Source of the DNA: Christensenellaceae bacterium Phil7
GTDB taxonomy: Bacteria; Bacillota; Clostridia; Christensenellales; CAG-138
Length of the DNA: 64,000 nt
Assembly (NCBI GenBank): GCA_001940845.1
Contig: MSGV01000023.1
Location: 404,355 to 468,354 of the forward strand
Direction: 5' to 3'
Shown: piece after piece, positions 41,000 through 50,675 of the stretch
How the letters are laid out: each line of letters starts with the position of its first letter
Numbering within the stretch: the stretch's first letter is position 1
Made by a program: the position numbers and the translations under genes
The notes under the pieces: model-generated
Seen by the model: only the letters and a program-made list of their open reading frames with translations
Told to the model about the DNA's origin: nothing
The model's database searches: none

Positions 41000-41953
41000 T
41001 TAACCTCCAAACCCAATTGAAGCATCCAATGAATCCAGAGTATCGAAGGTATATCCAGCTTCAATAAGCTTATCGATCATTTGCGGTATCAACTCTATGC
41101 TTTCCTGGCAGGTATCATGAGCAAGAAATATGAGTGGTTTACCTGCCGAAATAGCATTCTTCAAGGATTGCTCAAATGATTGCATCATGTATTCCTTCAT
41201 TGGCAGATGATCCTTATTTCCAGCAGGCCATCGATCATTATCTCCAAAGAACCAATCGTAGTATCTATATCCCTCAGAATCAAGTGCGGTCATTATCTTA
41301 GTTCGCACCCATTTAGGCAGATATGATGTGTTGCTTCCCCCCGGAAAGCGAACGATTTTACATTCAGGAATGCATCCCGTTGCGTTCTCTACAGCCGTCT
41401 CCCACTGATGAACATCATCCATAAAAGCATCAGCCGATGCGTATATGCTCTGATATTCATGGGTATAGGTATGGCAGGCAATCAGATGGCCACGATGCAT
41501 CGCATCCCGAACTACTTCCGGATGCCTGTCCACATAATAGCCAACGGTAAAAAAAGTCGCTTTGATGCCATATCCATCTAGAATATCCAGCAGTTGCTCC
41601 GTGCATTTGGGCGATGGACCATCATCAAAAGTAAGATATACGACCTTATCAACACCTCCAGTCGTCGGCTCTGCGGTTGGTTCTGCGGTGTAATGAGGAG
41701 GAGTACTGGGCGGAGTCATTGTTGCAACCGAAGTTGACGGCTCCTCCGTTGCTGATGGTGTGCTTTCAGGTGAAGTCGTTTCCGGATCATCCGTCCTTAA
41801 AGCCGTTTCCTTTGGAATTACGGAAGCCGTGATCGAATTGAACGGAGTGTCGTACCCACCGTTTATGTCAACATCAACGACTCCACCTGCGCAGCCTGCT
41901 GCAATAAGACAAATACAGATCAAAGCTTGCATAATAATCACAAATCTTTTCAT
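41000..41953 (-). CDS. Secreted/lipoprotein CE4 polysaccharide deacetylase
   Basis: Start at ATG 41953 (GGAG RBS). Lipobox LIAAG|C, Pro/Thr/Ser-rich linker, canonical NodB motifs TFDDGPSP and HTYTH. Confidence 0.85.
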   Translation of the reverse strand: MKRFVIIMQALICICLIAAGCAGGVVDVDINGGYDTPFNSITASVIPKETALRTDDPETTSPESTPSATEEPSTSVATMTPPSTPPHYTAEPTAEPTTGGVDKVVYLTFDDGPSPKCTEQLLDILDGYGIKATFFTVGYYVDRHPEVVRDAMHRGHLIACHTYTHEYQSIYASADAFMDDVHQWETAVENATGCIPECKIVRFPGGSNTSYLPKWVRTKIMTALDSEGYRYYDWFFGDNDRWPAGNKDHLPMKEYMMQSFEQSLKNAISAGKPLIFLAHDTCQESIELIPQMIDKLIEAGYTFDTLDSLDASIGFGG

Positions 41954-42184
41954 ATTACTCCGGTTTCCTTTCAAAATAACCTTCTTGTGTGCCGTGCATT
42001 TTTGATATGAAGACCGCATCGCCTTCATATTCTCTATTAGTATGATAGCATCTGCATATTCAAAATCAAGGCAATTAATGTTAAAAAAATGTGGCATTTT
42101 TGTTGCATTTTTAACAAATTTCGCACATTTTTTTATTTACGCTTCACAATATTTTTATATATTTTTTCTTTAATTTTAAGCAAA

Positions 42185-42217
42185 GAACCCTGCCTATCTT
42201 TTGATAAAGCAAGGTTC
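42185..42217 (-). terminator. Putative terminator after the VTC-DUF4956 pair
   Basis: GAACCTTGC...GCAGGGTTC stem (1 mismatch) followed by TTTGCTT on the minus strand. The U-tract is weak. Confidence 0.4.
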
Positions 42218-42243
42218 AAAACATTATTGATAATAATTTACTG

Positions 42244-42939
42244 CTAAATCAGCTCACCATTACTATTTAAGCCGGGAATTGAACAAGAAATCTCGAGATT
42301 GCCATTATATATGCGGAGTTCATCTATGAATTCCTTTTCACTTATCCCATTGCGGAGAGTAATTCTATAATGCAGGTTGTATAAGCTTCCCATATTCGTT
42401 GTTTTAACACGAATCAGCTCATGCTTTACGGTATACTTTTCAAATATAGGCTGAAAAATATCATCATAACTCAAGCTCTCCGGTATTGTGATTTTAAGCT
42501 CGCGATCGCCCGTTTTCAATTCACCCAGTTTCGTAAAAGAGATTATAATATTAACGAGACAAACAATGATCGTGAGTACGATAGAAATCCCAATATATCC
42601 CATACCCGTAGCAAGACCAACCGCCATTGCAAGAAATATGCTTGTAATATCACGCGCAGAAGCCGGTGCCGAACGGAAGCGAACAAGGCTGAATGCCCCT
42701 GCCACCGCAATTCCGGCTCCCAATTGACCATTCACCAATGCAATTATAGTCTGTACTATTACGGGTAAAAGCACCAAAGAAACCGTAAGACTTTTGGTAT
42801 ATCTATTCCTGAAGGTATTGCATAATGCAATTACGAGTCCAAGAATGAGTGAGACGACCATGCAAATCAGATATCCAGATATGGTAAGCGTATCAGTTGT
42901 TGAGAATACGCTAGTAAAAATAGTAGCATCAAATAGCAT
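42244..42939 (-). CDS. DUF4956-like membrane protein
   Basis: Four N-terminal TM helices plus a ~90-aa soluble C-domain. GGAGG 7 nt before ATG 42939. Overlaps the upstream VTC gene by 11 nt. Confidence 0.7.
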   Translation of the reverse strand: MLFDATIFTSVFSTTDTLTISGYLICMVVSLILGLVIALCNTFRNRYTKSLTVSLVLLPVIVQTIIALVNGQLGAGIAVAGAFSLVRFRSAPASARDITSIFLAMAVGLATGMGYIGISIVLTIIVCLVNIIISFTKLGELKTGDRELKITIPESLSYDDIFQPIFEKYTVKHELIRVKTTNMGSLYNLHYRITLRNGISEKEFIDELRIYNGNLEISCSIPGLNSNGELI

Positions 42940-43699
42940 TGTTTTTCCTCCAATCATCAGAAAGCTGAATATTTACAGAATTATGTCCGCTTTCAAGCTT
43001 TCTTCGTAGTTCTTTAGCGTATGCCGTGCCATACTTAGAAAAGGAAGATGGGTAGACTTCGTTTTCATTCAGCAAATGAGTCATCCAAAGCGGCATTGCA
43101 GATGCCGTTTTAACTTCCATAACATAATTACCTGATGGCAACAATGTTTTTCCATAACTTCCATGCCTGAGATCGAGATCCTCGATTCTGTAACGAATGT
43201 TTGCATCAATGGTCAACCTAAGATTCTCATCAATCTTATCCACTAATGCGAGCCGATCGCAGAAAACCGCGTATGCAGGGCGAATTCCCTTATAAAACTG
43301 TAGGAAATAAGCTATTTCCCTACCAATTTGTGCATCTTTTCCAGATGGCACAGGGCCCGTCCCATCCAAAAAAGCAACTGCAGATGCATGCTCCATCTGA
43401 ATTCTGCGCTTATATACAATTCCCTTGTATTTTTTCTTAAGCTCGACAAAGGCCTCGCCATGATCATCCGGAGTATGATAGCAGCGAAGTCTTAGCTTTT
43501 CCTTGTATACCGGCTTTTCAATGGAGCTGCGGATAATTCGATTATCTGGAGTATCGTAGTAAAGACTGCTGACGGTACTCCTTCCAAACATATCCAGCTT
43601 CATGTGTTCCCACATGATCGGCATGATGGCAGAATGCTGTTTTTCCGTAAGCACGTATTTTTTCTCTATTCGAGTAAAAATGTTGTTGCTTCTAGCCAT
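42929..43699 (-). CDS. VTC-domain / triphosphate tunnel metalloenzyme (polyphosphate polymerase-like) protein
   Basis: TTM beta-strand signatures with alternating charged residues: RIEKKYVL, SLYYDTPD, EKLRLRCY, FVELKKKYKGIVYKRR, YVMEVK. Confidence 0.75.
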   Translation of the reverse strand: MARSNNIFTRIEKKYVLTEKQHSAIMPIMWEHMKLDMFGRSTVSSLYYDTPDNRIIRSSIEKPVYKEKLRLRCYHTPDDHGEAFVELKKKYKGIVYKRRIQMEHASAVAFLDGTGPVPSGKDAQIGREIAYFLQFYKGIRPAYAVFCDRLALVDKIDENLRLTIDANIRYRIEDLDLRHGSYGKTLLPSGNYVMEVKTASAMPLWMTHLLNENEVYPSSFSKYGTAYAKELRRKLESGHNSVNIQLSDDWRKNNAI

Positions 43700-43841
43700 T
43701 ATTTCCTCCTGCCCTCAAACATTCATCGTGCATTATACCATGAAAGCTTCATTTCTTAAATACTTTTACGTCAAATTCCGCCAAATATATAATATTCGTT
43801 GATGAGTGTGGTTCAGCTGGTCCATTCAGAAAGCTTTTATT

Positions 43842-44774
43842 TTAAACAAACTTGCAGATATAATCTGCAAGATTGCCATACATAACCTTATAAATTTCCT
43901 CATCATTCAATCCAATATCATACAATCCATTTGCTATATTTGGCAGATATCGGCTATCCTCCAAGCCATCCGGGCACCTATCCATACCATCAAAATCCGA
44001 TCCTATGGCGCAGCAATCGATCCCGCCAACTTCAATTATGTGCTCTATATGCCGCAAAACATCACTTATGCTGCATGTCTTTTTATCAGTCAATTGTTTA
44101 TAATAGAAATTCACACCAATGACTCCGCCCATTTCTGCAATTGCCTTGATATGTGCATCCTGCATACAGCGCGGATGATCACGCAAAACTCGCGCATTGG
44201 TATGCGATGAAAAAACGGGCTGAGTTGTTCTCTCCAAGACATCATCTATGCCGACATCTCCAAGGTGAGCGAGGTCGATCGCCATACCTATCCTGTTCAT
44301 TTCATCAATTATTTCTTTTCCAAGCTTACTAAGCCCACGACGACTTCTCTTTGTTGCCGGATAAGCCAAGGAATTAACGTCATTCCAGGTTAACGTCATA
44401 GCACGCACGCCAAGCTTATAAAGCATACGAAGGTTTTCGGCAGATCCCTCAATTGCTTCACCGCCCTCTATGGTTAGCACGGTAGCAATTTTATCACTGT
44501 CAGGACTGAAATCTTTACTGAGCGGAACGAACACGGGATTTGATTCAAGCATCCGATAATACGCATCAATCATATTTATGCATTGACTCAATGGGTTTTG
44601 CTTCAAAAGAATATCAATCCATGCTGCAAAGAATTGAAGCTTAACATTGCCCTCTACCATCCTTGGCAGCGTCATCGTCTGTTTGCCTATAGGTTGTTTT
44701 ATATCATAGCAATTATTCTGCATGCCATAGAGAAAATCACAATGTGCATCAGCACAAGGAAACTTTTTTTTCAT
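43842..44774 (-). CDS. Membrane dipeptidase (peptidase M19 family)
   Basis: DAHCDFLYG, LTWNDVN, DLAHLGD, SSHTNAR motifs. AAAGGAG RBS before ATG 44774. Confidence 0.88.
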   Translation of the reverse strand: MKKKFPCADAHCDFLYGMQNNCYDIKQPIGKQTMTLPRMVEGNVKLQFFAAWIDILLKQNPLSQCINMIDAYYRMLESNPVFVPLSKDFSPDSDKIATVLTIEGGEAIEGSAENLRMLYKLGVRAMTLTWNDVNSLAYPATKRSRRGLSKLGKEIIDEMNRIGMAIDLAHLGDVGIDDVLERTTQPVFSSHTNARVLRDHPRCMQDAHIKAIAEMGGVIGVNFYYKQLTDKKTCSISDVLRHIEHIIEVGGIDCCAIGSDFDGMDRCPDGLEDSRYLPNIANGLYDIGLNDEEIYKVMYGNLADYICKFV

Positions 44775-44920
44775 CTTCGTACTCCTTTCATTCCCGATGT
44801 TGAACTTATGTTCAGCATCAATAATTATAACATACTTTCCCAAGTTATTCATTTAAATGTTAAGAATACATTCTTGGACGTAGAGCCAATAACACTCAAA
44901 CCTTTGCTATCTATAATTTA

Positions 44921-44948
44921 ATGCAGCAATGAACAAACATCGCTGCAT
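44921..44948 (-). terminator. Putative terminator after glyQS
   Basis: ATGCAGC...GCTGCAT 7-bp stem; the following U-tract is poor. Confidence 0.35.
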
Positions 44949-44998
44949 CAAAATCAAAAGACATCTATTAAATTTTTATTAAGTTTTTAATGTTCGCA

Positions 44999-46405
44999 TC
45001 AGAATACAAGCTTATCCTCGATATATTGCCTAAGCTTATCAATAGAAATACGAACCTGCTCCATTGTGTCACGATCGCGCACAGTGACCGTATTAACTGT
45101 ATCCCCTTCCATGGTTTCAAAGTCAACGGTAATACAAATAGGCGTACCAATCTCATCCTGACGGCGATATCGCTTACCTATAGCACCTGCCTCATCATAA
45201 TCAACCATAAAATACTTGGAAAGCTCCGCATGAAGTTCACGAGCCTTCTCGCCCAGCTTCTTTTGTAGAGGAAGAACAGCGGCCTTGTACGGAGAAAGTG
45301 CCGGATGCAGATGAAGAACATTGCGTGTATCACCGTTTTCAAGCTGCTCCTCGTCATATGCATCGCAAAGGAATGCAAGCGCCATACGACCTGCACCAAC
45401 AGATGGTTCAATGCAATAAGGAACATACTTTGCATTGGTAAATGGATCCATATACTCCATGCTCTTCCCGCTCTGTGCGGCATGTGCTTTCAGATCATAA
45501 TCCGTCCTGCTTGCAATGCCCCAAAGCTCACCCCAGCCAAATGGGAAGCGATATTCAATATCGGTAGTGCCGTTCGAGTAATGGCTGAGCTCCTCTTGCT
45601 CATGCTCGCGCTTCCTGAGATTATCCTCGGAAAGATTCAACCCGCGCAGAAAATCATAGCAATAGCTGCGCCAATACTCATACCAATCCAGCTCTGTTCC
45701 CGGCTCACAGAAGAACTCAAGCTCCATCTGCTCGAATTCCCTTGTGCGGAAGATGAAGTTGCCCGGGGTTATCTCATTACGGAAAGATTTTCCGATTTGC
45801 GCAATACCAAACGGTATCTTCTTACGCATACTGCGCTGCACGTTTTGGAAGTTAACAAATATACCCTGTGCCGTTTCCGGACGAAGATAGATCTCATTTG
45901 CCGTTGTCTCATTGACACCCTGGAATGTTTTGAACATCATATTAAATTTTCTGATGCTCGTAAAATCGGCCTTTCCACATTCTGGGCAGACTATACCTTT
46001 TTCTCTGATATACTGTTCCATGCGATCATTATCCCATCCATCCGGATGAATGTCCTCGATCCCATGCTCCTCAGCATAATCCTCGATCAGCTTATCAGCG
46101 CGAAATCTTGCCTTACAAGCACGGCAATCCATCAGAGGATCATTGAAATTCCCCACATGACCGCTTGCAACCCAAACCTCAGGGTTCATCAAAATTGCAC
46201 AGTCCATACCCACATTATACGGGCTCTCCTGCACAAACTTACGCCACCATGCATTCTTGATATTATTCAAGAAAAGCACTCCGAGAGGACCATAATCCCA
46301 ACAATTGGCAAGTCCTCCATAAATCTCAGACCCTGCAAAAATGTAGCCCCGGTTTTTACACAGAGCTACAATCTTATCCATAGAAAATTCTTTTTTCATA
46401 AGCAA
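44999..46405 (-). CDS. glyQS: Glycine--tRNA ligase (dimeric GlyQS type)
   Basis: [31 protein letters not shown] is typical of alpha2 GlyRS. The start is ambiguous (46405, 46399 or 46381) and lacks a clear SD. Confidence 0.93.
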   Translation of the reverse strand: MLMKKEFSMDKIVALCKNRGYIFAGSEIYGGLANCWDYGPLGVLFLNNIKNAWWRKFVQESPYNVGMDCAILMNPEVWVASGHVGNFNDPLMDCRACKARFRADKLIEDYAEEHGIEDIHPDGWDNDRMEQYIREKGIVCPECGKADFTSIRKFNMMFKTFQGVNETTANEIYLRPETAQGIFVNFQNVQRSMRKKIPFGIAQIGKSFRNEITPGNFIFRTREFEQMELEFFCEPGTELDWYEYWRSYCYDFLRGLNLSEDNLRKREHEQEELSHYSNGTTDIEYRFPFGWGELWGIASRTDYDLKAHAAQSGKSMEYMDPFTNAKYVPYCIEPSVGAGRMALAFLCDAYDEEQLENGDTRNVLHLHPALSPYKAAVLPLQKKLGEKARELHAELSKYFMVDYDEAGAIGKRYRRQDEIGTPICITVDFETMEGDTVNTVTVRDRDTMEQVRISIDKLRQYIEDKLVF

Positions 46406-46422
46406 TGCTTTCTAAAGGATGA

Positions 46423-46614
46423 TTAGACGTTACGCTGAACCTTACCGGAACGCAGGCAACGAGTGCAGACATTCATCTTCTTGGGAGTACCATCGACGAT
46501 GACGTTAACACGCTGTACGTTGGGAGCCCAGATACGCCTGGTCTTCCTGTTGGAATGGCTTACGAGATTTCCGCTCATTGCGCCTTTTCCGCATACTTCA
46601 CAAAACTTACCCAT
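46423..46614 (-). CDS. rpmB: 50S ribosomal protein L28
   Basis: MGKFCEVCGKGAMSGNLVSHSNRKTRRIWAPNVQ; 63 aa. Confidence 0.95.
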   Translation of the reverse strand: MGKFCEVCGKGAMSGNLVSHSNRKTRRIWAPNVQRVNVIVDGTPKKMNVCTRCLRSGKVQRNV

Positions 46615-46790
46615 TTGTTACACCTCCTTGCCGAATCAGCAGTATATTTCCCTGTACAGGCATAAAAATACACTGACCGAAAATCAAACAATGATATTCT
46701 ATCACTAATGGAAGTTATTTGCAAGCTTTTTTTGCTGCATTGACATATATATTCATCCTCATTTTTAAGCCGATTCATGCAAGCATCATA

Positions 46791-46819
46791 TTGACATATG
46801 CGCTGCCCGGTACTATAGT
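46791..46819 (+). promoter_or_regulatory. Sigma-A-type promoter upstream of the glycosylase gene
   Basis: TTGACA (46791-96), 17 nt, TATAGT (46814-19). Bracketed by a 9-bp inverted repeat CATATGCGC/GCGCATATG. Confidence 0.45.
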
Positions 46820-46896
46820 TTATAAAGCGCATATGCCAAGTGATGCAAGCCTGCATTTATTTGATAATATGCAGTATATTCTAAAGGAGATTAAAA

Positions 46897-47400
46897 ATGA
46901 TTCCCGCAACACAGCACCATCCCTTTGAGCCCTTATTTGATGAAAAATCCTCCATACTGATCCTAGGCTCGTTTCCTTCAATAAAGTCGCGTGAAACTGG
47001 GTTTTATTACGGTCACCCACAGAATAGGTTTTGGCGTGTTATTGCATCGCTTTTTTCCGCGCCATTACCACACACGGTCGATGAAAAGCGTGCACTCCTA
47101 TCATCATCCCATATTGCACTTTGGGACAGCATTGCTTCATGTACTATTAGCGGTTCATCCGACAGCAGCATTAAAAATGCTATCCCAAACGATATAAGCA
47201 TGATCCTTTCCGCTGCTCCGATACGCAGCATTTTTTGTAACGGCCAGGCTTCATTTAGATGCTATAATCGTTATATATTTCCTTGCATCGATATTCCTGC
47301 CACATGTCTCCCTTCCACCAGCGCAGCCAACGCTTCCTGGTCTTTTGAACGACTGATAGAAGCTTGGAAGATCATATATATCCAGTCGAAACATGATTAA
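46897..47400 (+). CDS. DNA-deoxyinosine (hypoxanthine) glycosylase, UDG superfamily
   Basis: LILGSFPS...GFYYGHPQNRFWRV and PSTSAAN motifs are typical of family-6 HDG-like proteins. Confidence 0.75.
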   Translation: MIPATQHHPFEPLFDEKSSILILGSFPSIKSRETGFYYGHPQNRFWRVIASLFSAPLPHTVDEKRALLSSSHIALWDSIASCTISGSSDSSIKNAIPNDISMILSAAPIRSIFCNGQASFRCYNRYIFPCIDIPATCLPSTSAANASWSFERLIEAWKIIYIQSKHD

Positions 47401-47447
47401 GTATCATATATCAATGAAAGCTTTATCATTAGCACCTATCTTCATCT

Positions 47448-48914
47448 TTACAGCTCAATTATTTTGGTTGCTATTCTATCGCAGAATGCTTTATCATGTT
47501 CTACAAATAGAATGGTCGGTTGAAAATCCAGCAGCAGATTTTCTATCTGTATGCGTGATATAACATCGATATAATTCATCGGCTCATCCCAAACATACAG
47601 ATGCGCTCGTTCACAGAGGCTTCCGGCTATCAGGACTTTTTTCTTTTGCCCACCGCTGAAATCCTTGATATCCTTCTCAAACTGAACCCTTGAGAAATTA
47701 AGCTTTCGAAGTATCGTCATAAACAAGCTTTCATCTATACCACGGCTTTGAGCATAGCCACTTAAGCTTCCGGCCAGTGCGCCGGTATCCTGCGGAACAT
47801 AGGAAATACTCAGTTGACTTCCTCGAATAAAACTTCCCTTAAATGGAATTCTCTCACCGCAAATCAATTTTAGGATGCTTGATTTGCCGGAGCCGTTCCT
47901 TCCGCGCAAAGCGATCCTGTCTCCCGGTTCTATTGTAAAGCTTACCCCGCTGCATACCTCCTTTCTATCATACTCAATACTAACACCTTTAAGCTCAATA
48001 TATCGTCGGCTGTGATAATCCAGGTTATGGATTTTCAATTTTTCACTTCTCTCAATATTTTTAAGCAGTTTGGATTTTTCTTCTATTGCATCCTTCCTTC
48101 GCTTTTCTATCGCTTTTGAACGCTTCATCAGCTTTGCAGACTTTGCACCGACCGCGCCCCTGTCACATGGGCCTCCACCGATCTTGGTCGCTTCCAGTCT
48201 GTCAGACCATTCTGCGTTCCTGGCCGCCGCTGCTCCAAGGTGTGCAATCTGATCCATCAGTTTCTCGTTCTCGGCAAGCTCAAAAGCATCTTGCCGCGCT
48301 TTGTTCTCCAGCCAGGTTGAAAAGTTGCCCTTCGTCACGGTTATATTCGCATTGTTAATCGAAAGGATATGATCCACGCATCCATCAAGGAATGCTCTAT
48401 CGTGGCTCACAAGAATAAAACCGCTCTTTCCGTTCAAATAACGGCTGACCAGCTCACGGCCTGCAAGATCCAGATGGTTTGTAGGTTCGTCAATGAGTAG
48501 GAAATTGTTTTCACTCATAAACATGATTGCAAGCAATAGCTTCGTCTGTTCACCATTAGACAGCGTGATAAACGGTCTATATAGACAGTCCTCCTGAATA
48601 GCCAATGCATTAAGCTCTCTTCTAAGCTTCCAATACTCGTAATTGGGATAAATGCTTTCAAGAACTTCAAGCGTTATCATGCTTTTATCCGGAACATCAT
48701 ACGGGAAATAGGTAAAGCTCGTATTGGTTTCAATGCTTCCGCTATAATGATACTTTCCAAGCAAAAGATTTAAGAAGGTTGTCTTTCCCCTTCCATTCCT
48801 CCCAGTGAATCCAAGCTTCCAATCAGTATCTATCCGGAAGCTCACATCCTCAAAAATATTATCGTAACTTCCCTCGTATGAAAATGTTAGGTTAGAAATA
48901 TTTATCTGTGACAT
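47448..48914 (-). CDS. ABC-F ATPase of the Lsa/ARE ribosome-protection type
   Basis: Two ABC cassettes (GRNGRGKTT, GRNGSGKSS; LSNGEQTK, FSGGQKKK) with no TM domain and a charged interdomain linker. The N-terminus resembles Lsa-type proteins. 488 aa. Confidence 0.85.
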   Translation of the reverse strand: MSQINISNLTFSYEGSYDNIFEDVSFRIDTDWKLGFTGRNGRGKTTFLNLLLGKYHYSGSIETNTSFTYFPYDVPDKSMITLEVLESIYPNYEYWKLRRELNALAIQEDCLYRPFITLSNGEQTKLLLAIMFMSENNFLLIDEPTNHLDLAGRELVSRYLNGKSGFILVSHDRAFLDGCVDHILSINNANITVTKGNFSTWLENKARQDAFELAENEKLMDQIAHLGAAAARNAEWSDRLEATKIGGGPCDRGAVGAKSAKLMKRSKAIEKRRKDAIEEKSKLLKNIERSEKLKIHNLDYHSRRYIELKGVSIEYDRKEVCSGVSFTIEPGDRIALRGRNGSGKSSILKLICGERIPFKGSFIRGSQLSISYVPQDTGALAGSLSGYAQSRGIDESLFMTILRKLNFSRVQFEKDIKDFSGGQKKKVLIAGSLCERAHLYVWDEPMNYIDVISRIQIENLLLDFQPTILFVEHDKAFCDRIATKIIEL

Positions 48915-49184
48915 TTAGTGCCCTCCAAGAATATAAAATTGGCTGCAAGAAAGCATTTCCTCACAACCAACAAATAGCATAAAGCCAAACACAGAGCACA
49001 TTATGCAATAGTCATTAGAAATAAGTTGATGTACTTTCTTGCCGAGGCACAACAAAACTCACCACATACAGCGGTTCAACATCGCTTTCCGTTATGCCAT
49101 TTATTCTCAGCAAGAGAACTTGTACATCTTCTCATCCCCAATCCTATTTTTTAGTATTATATCATAGCATTATTCAAAATGCAA
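48915..49184 (-). promoter_or_regulatory. Promoter plus ~235-nt leader with a 6-codon uORF (candidate ribosome-mediated attenuator) for the ABC-F gene
   Basis: Minus strand: TTGCAT (49184-79), 17 nt, TGaTATAAT (-10 at 49161-56). uORF ATGTACAAGTTCTCTTGCTGA (49127-49107, MYKFSC) has GGGGA 7 nt upstream. There are three mutually complementary segments (see findings). Confidence 0.4.
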
Positions 49185-49251
49185 CCACTTTATCTCTTTC
49201 AATTCCAAACGCATTTAAGCGGCTGGTTTATTAAAGCCCCTTCAAAATTTA

Positions 49252-49280
49252 TTGACAATATCAGCAAACTAAATTAAAAT
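49252..49280 (+). promoter_or_regulatory. Sigma-A-type promoter of glsA
   Basis: TTGACA (49252-57), 17 nt, TAAAAT (49275-80). Confidence 0.55.
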
Positions 49281-49309
49281 GCGGTTAGCTAACCAAGAGG
49301 AGAAAATTT

Positions 49310-50227
49310 ATGGAAGAATTGCTCGAACAATTATTGGAGGAATGCAGAAGCTATACCCAGAATGGACATTTAGCATCCTACATACCGGAATTGGCCAAGG
49401 CTGATCCTAATGATTTTGGCGTATATATTTTAAATAGTGATGGCAAGCATGCGTGTGCAGGCGATTTTGGCAAATGTTTCACTATACAAAGCATTATAAA
49501 GCCCATACTGCTTTTACTGGCACTTATGGATAATGGGGTTGATGCAGTACGCAGCAGAGTAGGCGTTGAAGCTACCGGAAAGCCATTTGATGCTATAAAT
49601 GTCACCGATCAATCCCTATTGAGCGATCATATAAACCCCATGGTCAATATGGGTGCCATTGCGCTTTGCAATCTGGTTAAAGGCAATGATTACAACGAAA
49701 AATTTAACCGCTTACTCTCCCTGACCAGAACTCTTGCCTGCAACCCTAAGATAGATATCAATGAATCCGTTTATCACTCAGAAAAGCAAACCGGCAACAA
49801 AAACCGTGCGCTTGCGTATATGCTCAAATCGTATGGTATGATAACCGATGAAGTCGAAGATGTTCTGGATCTATATTTTAAAGCATGTTCAATCTCTGTC
49901 AACAGCAAGGATCTTGCATATATCGGTTTTGCCCTATCGAACAGAGGTAAGATTGCGGATGGTTACAAACGTATATTCAGTTATGACTACGCCCACTATG
50001 TGAACGCCATACTTATGACCTGCGGAATGTATGATGGTTCCGGAGATTTTGCGATAAATGTTGGTGTACCTGCCAAGAGCGGCGTCGGCGGGGGTATTAT
50101 GGCCATTGTGCCAACCCGAATGGGCATTGGAATCTATTCTCCCGGACTTGATGATAAGGGTAACAGCGTCGCTGGAATAAAACTGCTTGAAAGGCTCAGC
50201 AATGCGCTATTCCTCAGCATATTTTAG
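49310..50227 (+). CDS. glsA: Glutaminase A
   Basis: YIPELAKADPNDFG, FTIQSIIKP (Ser-x-x-Lys), PAKSGVGGGI motifs. Confidence 0.93.
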   Translation: MEELLEQLLEECRSYTQNGHLASYIPELAKADPNDFGVYILNSDGKHACAGDFGKCFTIQSIIKPILLLLALMDNGVDAVRSRVGVEATGKPFDAINVTDQSLLSDHINPMVNMGAIALCNLVKGNDYNEKFNRLLSLTRTLACNPKIDINESVYHSEKQTGNKNRALAYMLKSYGMITDEVEDVLDLYFKACSISVNSKDLAYIGFALSNRGKIADGYKRIFSYDYAHYVNAILMTCGMYDGSGDFAINVGVPAKSGVGGGIMAIVPTRMGIGIYSPGLDDKGNSVAGIKLLERLSNALFLSIF

Positions 50228-50281
50228 AATTCAAACTCTCTAAGCCATAGTTTCCGCATTTCATATCAATCATGGGGCTAT

Positions 50282-50319
50282 AAAAAAGTCGCCGCAAGCG
50301 ATATGCATCTTGCGGCGAC
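50282..50319 (-). terminator. Rho-independent terminator downstream of tRNA-Arg
   Basis: 11-bp perfect stem GTCGCCGCAAG/CTTGCGGCGAC followed on the minus strand by TTTTTTA. Confidence 0.75.
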
Positions 50320-50320
50320 G

Positions 50321-50397
50321 TGGCGTACCCGATGGGATTCGAACCCATGACCTTCAGAGTCGGAGTCTGACACTCTATCCAGCTGAGCTACGGGTAC
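50321..50397 (-). tRNA. tRNA-Arg (anticodon CCG), CCA encoded
   Basis: Minus strand reads GTACCCG TA GCTC AGCTGGATA GAGT G TCAGA CTCCGAC TCTGA AGGTC ATGGG TTCGAAT CCCAT CGGGTAC GCCA. Cloverleaf with a 7-bp acceptor stem, a GTTCGAATC T-loop and anticodon loop CT-CCG-AC. Confidence 0.9.
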
Positions 50398-50675
50398 ATG
50401 AACATAACTATTATAACACCAATCCGCTCAATAATCAATATTGAGCAGCATTTATTTCCAAATATAACATTAATCCGAATTTTAAATGCATATGTCGCTC
50501 GTATTATACATTTAATGCGCTCACCCTTTCTTTAAAGTTAAAACCGCATAGATGCATTTCCCCGCAAGGAGCGCATTTACACCCTTTTCCATTTTTCACA
50601 ATGGACAGTAAATCAAAAATGTACTATAATTATTGTGGTTACTAAGTAAACTCTTTTTCGAAAGGAAGATTGAAT

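Noticed and set aside
50228-50669. tRNA-Arg as an integration site, making the upstream ABC-F/glycosylase/glutaminase block a genomic island
   Set aside because: There is no integrase, and I saw no direct repeat of the tRNA 3' end elsewhere in the window. The flanking genes look like ordinary chromosomal genes.
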